From positions 21,638,001 to 21,702,000 of the forward strand of contig JAQFVV010000005.1 in NCBI GenBank assembly GCA_028023455.1: DNA of 64,000 bases, in the 5' to 3' direction. Of this stretch, positions 1-12,215 are shown one piece after another. The notes beneath the pieces are model-generated. The model saw only the letters and a list, made by a program, of their open reading frames with translations, was not told where the DNA came from and searched no databases. The stretch's first letter is position 1, and each line of letters begins with the position of its first letter. Made by a program: the position numbers and the translations under genes. The DNA comes from Epiperipatus broadwayi. Lineage: Eukaryota > Animalia > Onychophora.

Positions 1-24
1 AGATATTGTTATCATAACTTTATA

Positions 25-280
25 GTGCAATATATATCTAATTCAAAAATTGCTTCCGTTCATTCTTATGCACATGACAAAGATGCCACATGTAAGAACA
101 TATCAGAACATAGCATTTTGGAAGCAATAATTATGCATTATTCCATTATTTTTATACAAAAAAAAGAAGTTAAGAAAGCACATATAATAAGAATGAAAAT
201 GTTGCAAAAATATCTTATTATTAAGGGGAAACAAGGCTTCCTTTGCCCACATACTCCATGCACTACTAGTAGATATTAAG
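25..280 (+). mobile_element. Possible decayed hAT-superfamily transposase fragment
   Basis: Translation ASVHSYAH...CKNISE...HYSIIF...HTPCTTSRY loosely resembles the hAT CxxH motif (VHCxAHxLNL) and the downstream TRW motif. By-eye similarity only. Confidence 0.3.
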
Positions 281-1927
281 TGCATCTTTCTTTCATCGAT
301 AGCAGATTTTAAGCTCGTGGCCTACGTAGCATTTCAAATGGAAATAAAACTTATCTTTGACAAATAGTAAAACAACATTCTACCTAGTTGAGTAATTAAC
401 TGACAACTGATAAAATTTCCAATGATAGGATAAAACTCAATTAAGTAAACTGAAATTGTTTATCGATGATTGTGGATATATGAAAAATTACTCTACAAAC
501 ATAAAAAAAAAAATTAAAACCTGAGTGAATATAATAAAAATGTGTACTTGAAATGTCTCAAGGTCATTATAACATCGCAAGAGTTTTCTTGGTGTTTTGT
601 GAGATTTAAGACAAATGATGAGTGATTGATTTATAAATTAACAATCCTTGAATTGATCTCCGGTTGAGAAAAGATTTGAAAAAAAAATTTAAACTTTATC
701 ATTTGAAATTTGTTGTACCCAGTTGCCATTTTGGTGCTCATTACATAATCTCTAAAGCAGAAGACCACCTTCAGATTTTCCCATAGTTGTAGAAAAACAT
801 GTTTTAAAGCCGATAAAGACTTCTGGATGGAGGCTCAGTTTGTCCTTTCCAGTATTTTAATATCATGAGCTTCCAATCAACAAGTCATTTTACATAAGCA
901 ATAAACCTTGAATTAAATCTACTCTATTTTTCTTAGTTAAGTATGAGAAAGTGTTACCACTTATGATCATTTATCTATGCTTCAATTAAGAAGAGTTACT
1001 ACAATTAGCTCTTCTCAATTTAGTTATAAATAAAGTGGGAACTACATGGAAACATAGAATGAGGTTGGCAGTTTCTGAATTTTCTGATAGGCTCAGTTTC
1101 TCTTAAATCATCAGGAAACACTAGTGAAATATGTAACATTCAATGTAGATTACTAGAGGCAATATCAACTAAAGGATACATTAGAAACAAGTGACTGAAA
1201 ACCTGACCTTAAACTATATATTGAAGATAAACTGTCATCTGCGGGTTATATCCTAAATCTCTCTATCAACTGAAACATAGAATTACATTTTTGTATTTAC
1301 TGAACTTTAAAAATTTAAACCAAATATCTGAAAACTAATTTTAAGCTGTGGAAACAAATAATATATGTTCAAAATGTTGTAGGAGCATATATTGTGTGTT
1401 TGGTGTATTGTGGAATCAGTACTGTGGGAGCATGCCAAGTTTATTGTGAACTTTTATTGTCTTATTAAGTTTAAACACATAGTAATCTATTTTATATCAT
1501 TCTACTTCAGAGCCACCTATGAAAACATAGATGAACTTACGAAGGTATTTAATGATACCAATTGGTTGGCATATCTATGGGAAGAATTCCTTGGTATATC
1601 CATCAAGTGGGCACCAATCACATAGATTACTCTGGGATAGACTATTATGAAGTGGAAGACTGTTGTCAAATATGATTAAACCTAAGTGAGGTCATTTGCT
1701 AATGACATTTTTAGAGATCAGTAAATATTCATTTTGTTATTTCAACATTTCAATATTTATTCATCTAACAGTAAACTATTATACAGATCTTTCCTATTTT
1801 CATGATCTAACAAGAATTTTGAGATAACCTAATATCTAGGATGATACATCCATCATAAGATCAAATATAGTGCTTTATTTTTATTCCATCTTAATCAAAT
1901 GGCATATTGCTCAGGACTTCATAAAAT

Positions 1928-2176
1928 TAAAACAGGTAAAACTCTCCATACAGTAGTGCCACCAGTGCCAACCAGAGTAATCAATGGATGCCAGAAGGCT
2001 TGTGCATAAAATCCCTATCTAGTGCCTACTCATCCAATATCCCCAGACTAGTTTCTGGCTTGTGGCCTTCTGGCATCCATTGATTACTCTGGTTGGCACT
2101 GAGTGGCACTACTGTATGGAGAGTTTTGACTGTTTTAATAACAGTAATGTGCTAGCATAAGAAATGGTCATCATGT
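1928..2176. mobile_element. Family A hammerhead-bearing repeat, fold-back copy with truncated ribozyme core
   Basis: Inverted arms about 1927-1998 and 2066-2137. Flanked by GACTTCATAAAAT (1915-1927) and GACTTTATAAAAT (2177-2189), a 13-bp TSD with 1 mismatch. Confidence 0.85.
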
Positions 2177-2411
2177 GACTTTATAAAATATGTTAAATGG
2201 CTTTGAGATCCAGAGTCTGACATTTTTCTACTGCATGGAATAGATTAATTATTTATTGCATCTGATATTTCTCTTACTTTTATCAATGTTAATGTATTTT
2301 AGTTGTATTCAGTAATAAAAGTTTGTCTTTTAAAATAAAAAAAACTTGAATTCATAAATATTTTTTTTATCTTATTAATATAATTTTATTTCTTTTTTTT
2401 TTTACTTCCAG

Positions 2412-2501
2412 ATTATAATTTTGTTTCAACATTTTATATTAGCAAAGTTAGCATATGACGGACAGTCACCAAGAATTCTCAACATAAAAGAATTTTTATC
2501 G
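2412..2501 (+). CDS. Tentative ABCC TMD2 exon (IIILFQHFILAKLAYDGQSPRILNIKEFLS)
   Basis: Poly-T tract plus CAG acceptor, GTATGT donor, only one open frame. LAKLAYDGQSP...E.L aligns by eye to MRP-type LKRLESVSRSP...E.L. Phase 0/0. Confidence 0.55.
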
Positions 2502-2606
2502 GTATGTTATATTCACAGAAAATATCAATTTAATTCAAAGATTATCATTTTTACACATTATACATTATTTTGACTATTATGCATTATATTCAATAAATAT
2601 AGTTAT

Positions 2607-3012
2607 TAAACAAGGCAAAACTCTCCATACAGTAGTGTCACCTTGTGCCAACCAGAGTAATCAATGGATGCCAGAAGGCTTGTGCATAAAATCCCTATCT
2701 AGTGCCTACTCATCCAATATCCCCAGACTAGTTTTCTGGCTTGTAGCCTTCATCAGTGAGGAGCCTTGGATTTGAGAGCACTGCACCTAGTCTTAGGATC
2801 TAATGCAACCCTCCAGCAGCCACCTTTTAACTCTACTTTACTACAAAACTATGAGAATGAAATTGAAAACACAATAATATTTTCAAAAAGCTCAATAGCT
2901 TATATAGTCATATGGGTCTGAACTCAGTTCAGCACCCATACATTTTGAAAACATTATGTTTTGCTTTGTTTAATAACAATTATGTGCTAGTATAATAGAT
3001 AGTGATCATGTG
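2607..3012 (-). mobile_element. Family A repeat, near-complete unit with inverted terminal segment
   Basis: Matches the other family A copies. 12-bp TSD AAATATAGTTAT (2595-2606 / 3013-3024). Hammerhead motif at 2721-2761 on minus. Confidence 0.85.
2721..2761 (-). ncRNA. Minimal type I hammerhead ribozyme motif, family A (one extra A in GAAA)
   Basis: Minus strand reads CCTCA CTGATGA AGGCTACAAGCCA GAAAAC TA GTC TGGGG; stem I is CCUCA/UGGGG. Confidence 0.65.
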
Positions 3013-3352
3013 AAATATAGTTATCGTGTAATAGCAAACTTTCAACTAATTTATGTACACCCATTTATAATTACAATGTTTCTAATGTTAATTACCATGG
3101 CGGTATTACTTCTCATATATATGATTATGTTATCATCCACACCTGCATATTTTCACATTAAAATTTGTTGATTTATATTTTTTCCTGCTAATAGGAATTG
3201 TTTTGTTTTTTCAATCTTTCCTTTCCTAACATTTCTTTTTTTATGTAAAATGTTTATATCATTAAAATTAAAAATAAATACCATTAATGCAACTCAATCT
3301 GATAATTTTTATTCACTGAAGTTTATTCATTATGTTTTATTTTTTCATACAG

Positions 3353-3420
3353 TTTGCACTCATTAAATCTTTTATAGAGTACATCTCAATTTTTCATTGT
3401 ATGATTGTCCACATCCACAA
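3353..3420 (+). CDS. Tentative ABCC TMD2 exon (FALIKSFIEYISIFHCMIVHIH)
   Basis: TTTTTCATACAG acceptor, GTAATT donor, only one open frame. Phase 0 start matches the previous exon and phase 2 end matches the next. LIKSF resembles MRP VIRAF. Confidence 0.5.
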
Positions 3421-3709
3421 GTAATTTCATATATAATATTATTGTTTAAATCTTTATTTTATCTTTTACAATATTTAATAATCTAGTCAATTATCTAAGT
3501 GTTGACTATTTTTTAATGATTATTGCATTTAAATATTCTATACATTATGTTAAAATATTTTGAATATATGTATTTTTTCATTGTTGTTTTTGGTATAGAT
3601 ATTAAATTTCCTCTTTATGAAGCTTCTCTTTCATGAAACAGAAAGCGATTTTATCACATTGTTTACAAATAACCAATCAAGACTGTGAAAATACATGAAC
3701 AATGAGAAT

Positions 3710-4330
3710 TCACTCTATATAATACATGGCAATGAAGACTTGAGGAATGTGAACCCACTGTATATACTTTCTTATATTGCCATTACTGTATTTAGACCAT
3801 AATAAAGACATGAAGAGCCACTGTATATACTTTCATATCACCATGTTTACATACAATAAAGATGTGAAGAGTGAGGATCCACTAGATATACTTATTTATG
3901 TTTTATATAGAGCTCACAAATAAGCTCTTAACAAGCTTTGCAGAATATCCTCAACCCCATGCTTGAATATCCTAGCACCTCACTGTGGAATCCAGTAGCA
4001 GACACTGGTCTGGGGTTGGGGATATTGTTAAGAGCTTATTTGTGAGTTCTATATAACATTAGTAATACAAGCTTGTTAAATTAGGTCATGTGACATATAA
4101 CTTGATTTCTTTGTAATTTTATTTATGTTTATACAGTAATTAATGTGTGTGAAATGAGGACCTACTATATATATATATACTTTCTTATATATTTACACAA
4201 AAATAAAGATATGAAGAATAAGAACCCATTGCATATGCATTATGATATTGCCATCTCTATATTTACAAGATTGAGGATTCCCTGTATATTCTTTCTTATA
4301 TTGCTATGTTTATATTTATGCAGTATATTA
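3710..4330. repeat. Degenerate minisatellite (about 55-65 bp unit) interrupted by a family B insertion
   Basis: Recurring GAGGA/ACCCACTGTATATACTTTCTTATATTGC...AATAAAGA(C/T)ATGAAGA units on both sides of 3904-4118. Confidence 0.6.
3904..4118. mobile_element. Family B fold-back repeat with decayed hammerhead
   Basis: Inverted arms GAGCTCACAAATAAGCTCTTAACAA / TTGTTAAGAGCTTATTTGTGAGTTC. Internal CCTAGCACCTCA CTGTGGA...GACAC TG GTC TGGGG resembles the 5679-5719 motif. 12-bp TSD TTATTTATGTTT (3892-3903 / 4119-4130). Confidence 0.7.
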
Positions 4331-5581
4331 TTTATATTTAAAAAAGTAACAAGCATATTAAATTAGAAGAGAAGAAAACAAACAAAATGACAAATATCTT
4401 CAGTATTTAAAGATCATGGATTACTTGCAATGATAAATTCAATTTTAACATCTTCAACCTTTTACATAAAGAAAAAATGAGAAAAAAAACATAAAAAAGC
4501 AATCTTAATTAGCATGAGAAAGAATGATAGTAAAGTGCATCAATTTTGTAATATCACATGAATTTTGAAAAAATATAGCCTGCCCTAGTCAAAAATTCAT
4601 ATTTGAAAAATGAATGCATCTAAATTAATAAAAAGTATGCCATTGTGAGTGGATTCTAAAAAATGTATTTATCTAATACTATTTTATATACTGCCAATTT
4701 ATTCTTCATTTATTTCATATGCAACTTATGATCAATCTCCCTCTGAAGTCTCTTCTTCCCAAAAATTCAATGTATGATGTTTAGATTAAGTGAGAATCCA
4801 TGTGATCACATACTTATTTTTTCTATTAATTTGGACACAATGTCTTATGCATTTGTAATTTGTATATCTTAATTTTTGTTTTCATTAAGTTCTTGTGATT
4901 GGTTAAAAAAAAATAATAGTATAAATATAGAGACAAATATTAATCTAATTATAATTTAAATAATACTAAAATAACAAAGAAGTCAATTGATGGAATCTTA
5001 CAATACATAATTTTCCTTAAAATATTTTTATTTTTAGAAATATATATATTGCTATAAAAAGGTTCCATAATAAAATGGTTAGTGTCTACCATGTCCATAG
5101 CCAGGATTCAAATTAAGATGACGTTTGAACATTTTTTAAAAGATTGAAGATTTTCTAAACAAGCTTGGATTTTTTTCCAATAAGTATCTCATACCCAATC
5201 TAGAAAGCCATTAAATATTGGTCAGTAATTGGATATCTAGACATTTCTTATTAGTGAAAGATAAATGAAGAAGTAAAATAATGAAAACTGATTCACAGTT
5301 GACCATTGGGGTGTAATCCATGTCTAAAAAAAATCATTGCTTTTGTTTAATGATTACATTTTTTAATATATATATATATGCTGCACACACAGATAGTGAA
5401 GCTAATATATATAATTGAAAGCAAATATAAAATACTATTTTAGCTAATCACTTTTGAGAGCTTCTTGCTCCATATTGATAGCTACTATCTTAAGTTTTCT
5501 TACCTTTTTTCACATAAAGAATGACAAAATTAAATATTACGTATTCTAGAAAGTCGTTGAATATTACCTGATTCCAAAATT

Positions 5582-5925
5582 AAACAATGAGCATTTTCCA
5601 ATTGCTCAACAAGCTTTGTGATAAATGCTTAGCCAGAGAAAGCATTTAAAATATCTCTGTCAGGAAACCTCCCCCTAACCTCTGATCATGGTTTCGTGCT
5701 TTGGCACTCCTCAGAAAGGTGCTAGGGTAACTTCAGACAGGAGTGCCAAAGCATGAAACCATGGTCAGAGGTTAGGGGGGGGTTCCTGATAGAGATATTT
5801 TAAATGCTTCCTCTAGCTAAGCATTTATAACAAAGCTTGTTGAGGAATTGGCAATCCTCATTGTTTATATCTTACAAGCTTAAGAGAATATGGTCATGTG
5901 ATCTATGACTCTTAATTTGACTATT
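5582..5925. mobile_element. Family B fold-back repeat (about 125-bp arms, about 28-nt loop)
   Basis: Arms about 5583-5710 and 5739-5868. TSD TGATTCCAAAATT (5569-5581) / TGATTCCAGAATT (5926-5938). Confidence 0.85.
5679..5719 (-). ncRNA. Minimal type I hammerhead ribozyme motif, family B
   Basis: Minus strand reads CCTTT CTGAGGA GTGC CAAA GCAC GAAAC CATG ATC AGAGG. Core intact, perfect 4-bp stem II, stem I CCUUU/AGAGG. The sister arm has GAAAC CATG GTC (palindrome ACCATGGT). Confidence 0.8.
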
Positions 5926-5934
5926 TGATTCCAG

Positions 5935-6061
5935 AATTGTTCTGATGATATTTTGTCACATTGTCACATCTGTCTCATATAATCATTGGTTGAAGCAATT
6001 TTTGAATCAAATCAATATATTTAAAAATTATGTTATTGCTTACTACTATGGCGCAACAATA
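5935..6061 (+). CDS. Tentative ABCC TMD2 exon (IVLMIFCHIVTSVSYNHWLKQFLNQINIFKNYVIAYYYGATI); 3' end uncertain
   Basis: CCAG acceptor at 5931-5934, phase 2 start fits the preceding exon. NHWLKQFLN aligns to MRP NRWLAVRLE. In-frame TGA at 6068; only weak GT donors (6032, 6062) precede it. Confidence 0.5.
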
Positions 6062-6870
6062 GTTCAATGATGTTGATAATGACTTAACACGCTATTTTTA
6101 CTCTTATGTAAACAACTTGTCAATTTAATTCACAAATGCCAATGGTGGTCTGACACTTGTTCAAAAACATTTCTAACAGCTTATGCACTCCCCCCCCCCC
6201 CCAATGTTCTGAATAATTCAATTATATACAATAAATTTGCTATTGTCACTTAGATATTATTAAAAATATTTTTGTTTAATTTATCATCTATTAGTTAAGA
6301 TAATAGTAATATTTTAGTTTATCCTTTGTTTCATATTGCATATATTTTTATCATAACTTACATTTTTTTAGAATTGTTATAATTTTGAAGTAAAAACATC
6401 CATCCATAAATGTTGCATAATTAATTCTTTATTAATAAGATTGTTTGGATAGTGATAAAGAAACTAATAAAAAAGATGAAAATCTAAAAACATAAATGAT
6501 AAATTCCATTGCATATTTCACCCTTCAATATTAGCTACTATGACACCCTACCATGGACAACAGGATATAGAGAAAGAAGCAATTATTTTGTTGCCTATTT
6601 ATGATAAAAAAAACATATGGAGTGCAGCTGGTTTTAGTGATTTAAATAATTTGTTTAAATTCAAAAAAAGATGTGAAATATCATTAAATCTTCTAAAAGC
6701 AAAGTTTATATTGATTGTGACAAAAATACATCGGAAGTTTTAAATATTTTGATTCATAAGGAAAAGATCAAAAAATAGTAAAATGTTTAATTATTGTAAC
6801 ATATCCCTTAGGAATACATAAATTAGTATTCCATAGTCATGAAGATGAAAATTCTTGCAATCGAGATAGC

Positions 6871-6970
6871 TAAACATTACATGATCACCATTTCTTATGC
6901 TTGCATCCATTGATTACTCTGGCTTGCATTGAGTGGCACTGCTGTATGAAGAGTTTTGCCTGTTTTAATA
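6871..6970. mobile_element. Family A short inverted fragment
   Basis: TAAACATTACATGATCACCATTTCTTATGC joined to opposite-orientation GCATCCATTGATTACTCTGG...GAGTTTTGCCTGTTTTAAT. Confidence 0.75.
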
Positions 6971-9900
6971 GGGACAGCTACATTAATACTATGCATTCAT
7001 TAAGTCATTATGGTGAGTTAATATCACACCATCTAAATTCTACAATCATGTTTCAGGACTTTCTAAATCAAATGTTCTCAGTTTGTGAAATGAACAATGT
7101 TTTATTTGTTCTGGTATTACTTGACAGAACCACTCTGTAGGAATAGTTCACAGTTATTAGTTGTATTTGTGCACAATTGAAATGAAAAAACTTTTCAATG
7201 GTTTATAGAATTTATAAATATTAGCCATGGTAAAATGTCAACTGTCTTGACTGAATATGAAGTTTTTTTTAAAAAAAAAAGATTGCATATAAAATCTAAT
7301 TGCACAAACCTATGATGATGCAGTTGTAATGACCGGACATTTATCAGGGTTTCAAGCAAATACAAAGCAACAATGTTTAAAAGCTCTTTTTGTTCACTAC
7401 TTTGCTTAATGATTAAATCATATTTTATCTCCAAGCTTTTGAAAAGTCACAAATCAAAAAATGTAAAATCTTTATAACAATGATTTAACACTCTTTTTCA
7501 GTAGTTCTATAAAGCATACTAATGAATCTGTCTATAAAAACAAAAAACAGTGAGACGGGCATATAATACAAAAATTTTTGAATGCTGGAAAGATTTAATA
7601 GCAATGTTTGAAACATTTAACATGGCATGTGTTATTGTTTATCCACTCTTTCTATTTTCACAATTGTCATTAGTTAAATATAATGTCTCATATTCATTTC
7701 TCTTTACCCAATTTCAAAATCACATGGTTTTTTAATAATTTCTCCCCCCTTCCCAACTCCCATCTCCATTCCCATTTTTCAAGATATGTTTTTTCTTCAT
7801 CACTCATATGTCTTTACTATTGCCAGAAAATCTAATTTTTCTCTTGTAAAAACCTCCTACAATTCTTTTCCTTATTCATCATATTTATAAAATCAAGTTT
7901 TCTATTATCAACTTTGTTTTAAATGTAATTTTTTCAAAACCATTTCTAAGCATCATCTATAAAAGTAAATAGAAAGATACTACTGTTTAATAAGTGTAAC
8001 AAAAGATTAATAATTAGACAATATTTGGATACAGAACATAAAAAACAATAGTAGGGTGTGTGATTTAGTAGCTTATTCATTAGCCTGACATGAATAGCTA
8101 CAGACATTTTTGTGAAACTGAGAATTTGCAAGTTCAGAATTTGTTTGAGTAGTTGCCTATAGTGACCTAACATTGGCCAATCAATTTTTGTTTGATTCAT
8201 ATTGATATGCTGATTTCAAAAGAATGCCATAGTCTTTGGGGTAGTGAGCCAATAGATGACCTTTTAGAGAATTCTTCAGTAATATTAGTAACAGTGCTTA
8301 TTTAAAAAATATTTTATTTAAATTTTGTCATAGCATTTTTTAAATGTACATGTGACAATGACAAACATAAACTTTATTTAAGATCTGCTGTCCTGTGTGT
8401 ATTGCTGCAACAGTAGAATGGCAGACTGGAGCTTTAGATGTGTGGGCTACAACTCAATTTTGTTACTATAAACTCTTACTGATTATTATCATCATCATCA
8501 TTAGTATCTTCAGATTTTAAATATTCTACAATTTACAAAGATGGAATGAAAGCTGATTCTAATTGATAGTCAATAATTTTAATTAGTATTATAAAATTTG
8601 ATTATATATATATAAAAACGATGAAGCAATAGTATTTTACAAGACTTTTTAGGATTTGGGGAAAATACTATATATATATATTGTGCCAGGCATTATCAAA
8701 TGGCCTTGCACAAAGTCTGTATTAAGCACAACAAATATAAAAATGTGCTAGATTAATAATGGAGGTTGAGTCTGAGAAGTAGAATACCCACACACAAATT
8801 TAAATATTGTACACGTATAATAAACTCATGTATTTTTATTTTTCTATTTTGTATATTTTTTATGATATATCACTATGTATTTGGCTTTTCTCTGAAAAAT
8901 TCAAATAGAGAAAAGCAAACTTATTAAACAAATGAATCAAATGTTGGAAAATATTAGTAAAATAAATAATTAAAGCAATTGTTCCAACATACTTGTATAT
9001 TTTTCATTTTTTTTAATTACTTCTCTAAAAACAAATTTTATTCTTAAACAAAGAATGTTAATTGCTTTTGCAAAAATCTGATCAAAAGCAAAATGTTTGA
9101 TAATGCTATAATTAAAATGTTATCTTTTTTTTTTATGAAATAGAAATTCTTTTGAATTGAATAGCTGTAATCAAGTGGTCTGAGTAATCAAGATGGAAAC
9201 TAGTCATTGTATCAAACTTAAAATGTAGAATTTAATCGGAAAAATTGTAAGGAATGTTATAATCTAAATGATAAGATAAAATGAAAGGATTGGCTGATTC
9301 ATGCTTCTCAGAGGGCTAGTGGGAGTGATATAGCTTAATCAGTTCTGTGAGATTTATTCTTTCTTTGGAGGTCGTTCTGGGCAAGCCATTCATTACTTTG
9401 GCTCCAGAATTCTCCAAGCAACCAGCTACTTAGGAATTAATTTATGAACAAGACTACTGCTGACACTTTCTAAGAAATCCATTATACAGTTCTTTTAAGA
9501 ACTAATGATTTCTTAAAGATGTAATGAACCAGTCAAAATAGCAAATGAACATTTGATAAAAATTATTATCATATACATACAGAGGAAAATATGAAGCAAT
9601 CTACCAGGGAGTCCAGTAAAATGACCATGGGGTAGACAACCAGCCAGTGCACCGCCCTTTCTCTGTCCCAAGCCGCCAAGATGTGACCACGCCAGTTCCA
9701 GCTGCCCACGATGATGACAAATGCCACCTTGCCTAAATAGATGAAATTCTCACCACACAGCCAGTTGACTTGAAGCCCACTCAGAGCCCATATGAAGATG
9801 CCGACATAAGTTTATTTTAAGATATTTTATTAATATTTCTGATTAAATATATCATTATTTTTTATTATTATTAGTCATTTTTAAAAAAAGAGAGAGTTGT

Positions 9901-11591
9901 CTCTCGCATATATATATATATATTGAATTTACAGTTATTACGGGCATAAATGATAAAGCTTTTACTTAAATCTTTTGAGTCAATTTTTTTCTATTTCAAA
10001 TTCTAGTATTTTCAACAAAGGTTGCAATGAGATTCTTTTTTTTTTTTTTGTTGCTATTAGTTTTGCTCTTGTTGTTACTCCTGAAATTCGTCATATATAA
10101 ATATACATGTATATATATGCGAACATACGCTTATAATATTCGGTAAATACGATATCTCATGTTGAATATCTAAAAAATGTATTTAACCGTATATCCCTTT
10201 TAAGTTATTTTTTTTGTCACTGCTGCACTTCATGATGCGTGTAAGAAGGGATTGATCTATTATAGATTCCCTGTAAGCAAGTACTCTAATAACTGTATAT
10301 TTAAATAATAGTAAGTGTATAATTGTGCTGCACGTATATACAGGTATAGAAATTTATCTATAGCAAAAGGGAAATAGATACAGTACCTTATGGTGAGTAC
10401 GATATAGTATCTGAGCCACTGAAACCTATTGACTTGTTGAAAATATGAAATTAGTGAAATATTTCATAGTGCAAAAATATGTATGCATAGTTGTTGTTTT
10501 TTTTATTATTATATTTGCTATCAATAAAAAGGTTTTAAAGTCATCAGTAAAAGTGTATGTCTATATAACCGAAAATCTCTTATCTAAAAATATCTGTGCA
10601 TCAAATCACACAAAGTATAACATTTCTACAGGGTAAAAAATGCTCAGACCACTTCCATTACTTATAAACATTGTAAATAGCTTTAGGGATTTATTATTTT
10701 CTTATTTAAAATTGTATTTGATCTATTTCAATGCCTCGAATATATATATGGGTTTGTGATCATTAATTATTTAGTATTTTTTTTATTATATCATCATTAG
10801 TATGAAACGGTGGTGGGTATTTGGGATTAAATAAATATTTAATCATAATATTAAACTTGTTTCGTTTTCGGATTATTATTGATATTGATAAAAATGTATT
10901 CTTTCCTTATCAACCACATACATATAATAATCATTTAACTTACCCACTTGAAGACCCTAGATGTAGAGTGACTGAGCTAGCCACAAGGGATATCGCTCTT
11001 CTAGGGTGTTAAATCTTATTCTTATGCTCCACTAGAACATATGGTATTGCACATCCTTCTAGGAGGGTGAAAAATTCATTTTTTGATTCTTTTCTAGAAG
11101 TGGTGTGCAAAAGTCTATTTTGTAAATAGATTTTTCAAAGGTGTGTACTTGCCATTGTTCTAAATATTCGGGCATTCAAATAAGATATCAACTAAAGGGT
11201 GTTTTTAACTGGAAGAGTCCTGTCAATCCACTCTTTCTATCAATTTAGCTGGAAGTACCAATATACATGAGTACAGACAATCGGCTAAATTGATATCCAT
11301 TTCTTTACCTGTTGAATCTTGGTCACTTCATGCTCAGTGCAAGATTAGGAAAAGAATTCCGCAGTGAGTATGGTCTGGTACAATATATATATATATTGAA
11401 GCAAATTTATTTCACCTATTTTAAAATTGATTTCATTAGTAAGTATATTTGTCAATCACAACCTATTGGTGAGAGAGTGCCAAATATTTGACTTGTCTAG
11501 AATACCAAAACAGTTCATTAGAACTCTGTATATATGTATATAATAAGGTATATAATAAGATTGATATAAATCTGTATATATATATTTTTAG

Positions 11592-11938
11592 GATTATCTT
11601 ATTGAAAAAGATTCTGAAGTTTTGCATCAAATTCCCAAAAATTGGCCCCAAGAGGGCAGCATTGTCTTAAGTAATGTAAAAATGTCCTATTCTTCAAGTC
11701 AGCCATTAGTTTACAAAGGCTTAACATTTGCCATTGCACCAGGAGAAAAAATTGGGATTATTGGCAACTCTGGATCAGGAAAATCATCCTTAATTTCAGT
11801 TTTATTGAGACTTGTAGATATTTCTGAAGGAAAAATTCTCATCGATGGTATCGATATTAACAATATTACACTAAGCAATTTAAGATCATGCTTATCGGTT
11901 CTGACCTCAAACACCATTTTATTTCCAGGAACAATAAG
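11592..11938 (+). CDS. ABCC/MRP-family transporter exon: end of TMD2 linker and NBD2 Walker A
   Basis: TTTTTAG acceptor, GTAAAA donor. DYLIEKDSEVLHQIPKNWPQEGSIVLSNVKMSY...PGEKIGIIGNSGSGKSSL...IDGIDI...LFPGTIR contains the ABCC NWPxxG hallmark. Ends in phase 2. Confidence 0.92.
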
Positions 11939-12132
11939 GTAAAAAGTAAATAGTGATTACTTGTCATGATTAAAAAGAATTTAAAATGAATCAATTTTGT
12001 AACAAAGTAAATATTGGAATAATTTTCATCTTAAAGTTTAAAAAATATAATTAAATCAAACAAAAGAAAAATTTCCAGTACAATTTATATATTTAAATTT
12101 GCAAATGTTTGTTCATGTACAGATTGAAATGG

Positions 12133-12215
12133 TAATGCTAAGTACCTTTCTGTGAAGTTCGCCATCATCAGAGCTCTGATGATGGTGAACTTCACCGAAA
12201 GCACACTTAGCATTA
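12133..12215. repeat. Family E zero-spacer palindrome with a hammerhead motif on each strand
   Basis: Centre GAG|CTC at 12173/12174. Plus: GCT CTGATGA T GGTG AACTT CACC GAAAG CACA CTT AGC. Minus: GCT CTGATGA TGGCG AACTT CACA GAAAG GTA CTT AGC. Confidence 0.75.

Noticed and set aside
1497-1625. Possible exon after TACTTCAG (RATYENIDELTKVFNDTNWLAYLWEEF...)
   Set aside because: Ends in a stop with no ABCC similarity; more likely a retroelement scrap.
6901-7140. Short ORFs sharing HPLITL..LACIEW / GTGWHYCMESFAL peptides (also 18802, 46474, 47830)
   Set aside because: They are translations of family A repeat DNA, not a protein family; frames differ between copies and there are no consistent splice signals.
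10061-10392. Candidate ABCC exons with good-looking donors (GTAAAT 10143, GTAAGT 10311, GTGAGT 10393)
   Set aside because: Frames contain stops or end in a phase incompatible with the 11592 acceptor.
11711-11917. Minus-strand ORF, and similarly the plus-strand ORFs at 62465 and 62542
   Set aside because: Antisense shadows of the ABCC and FLOT2 exons.
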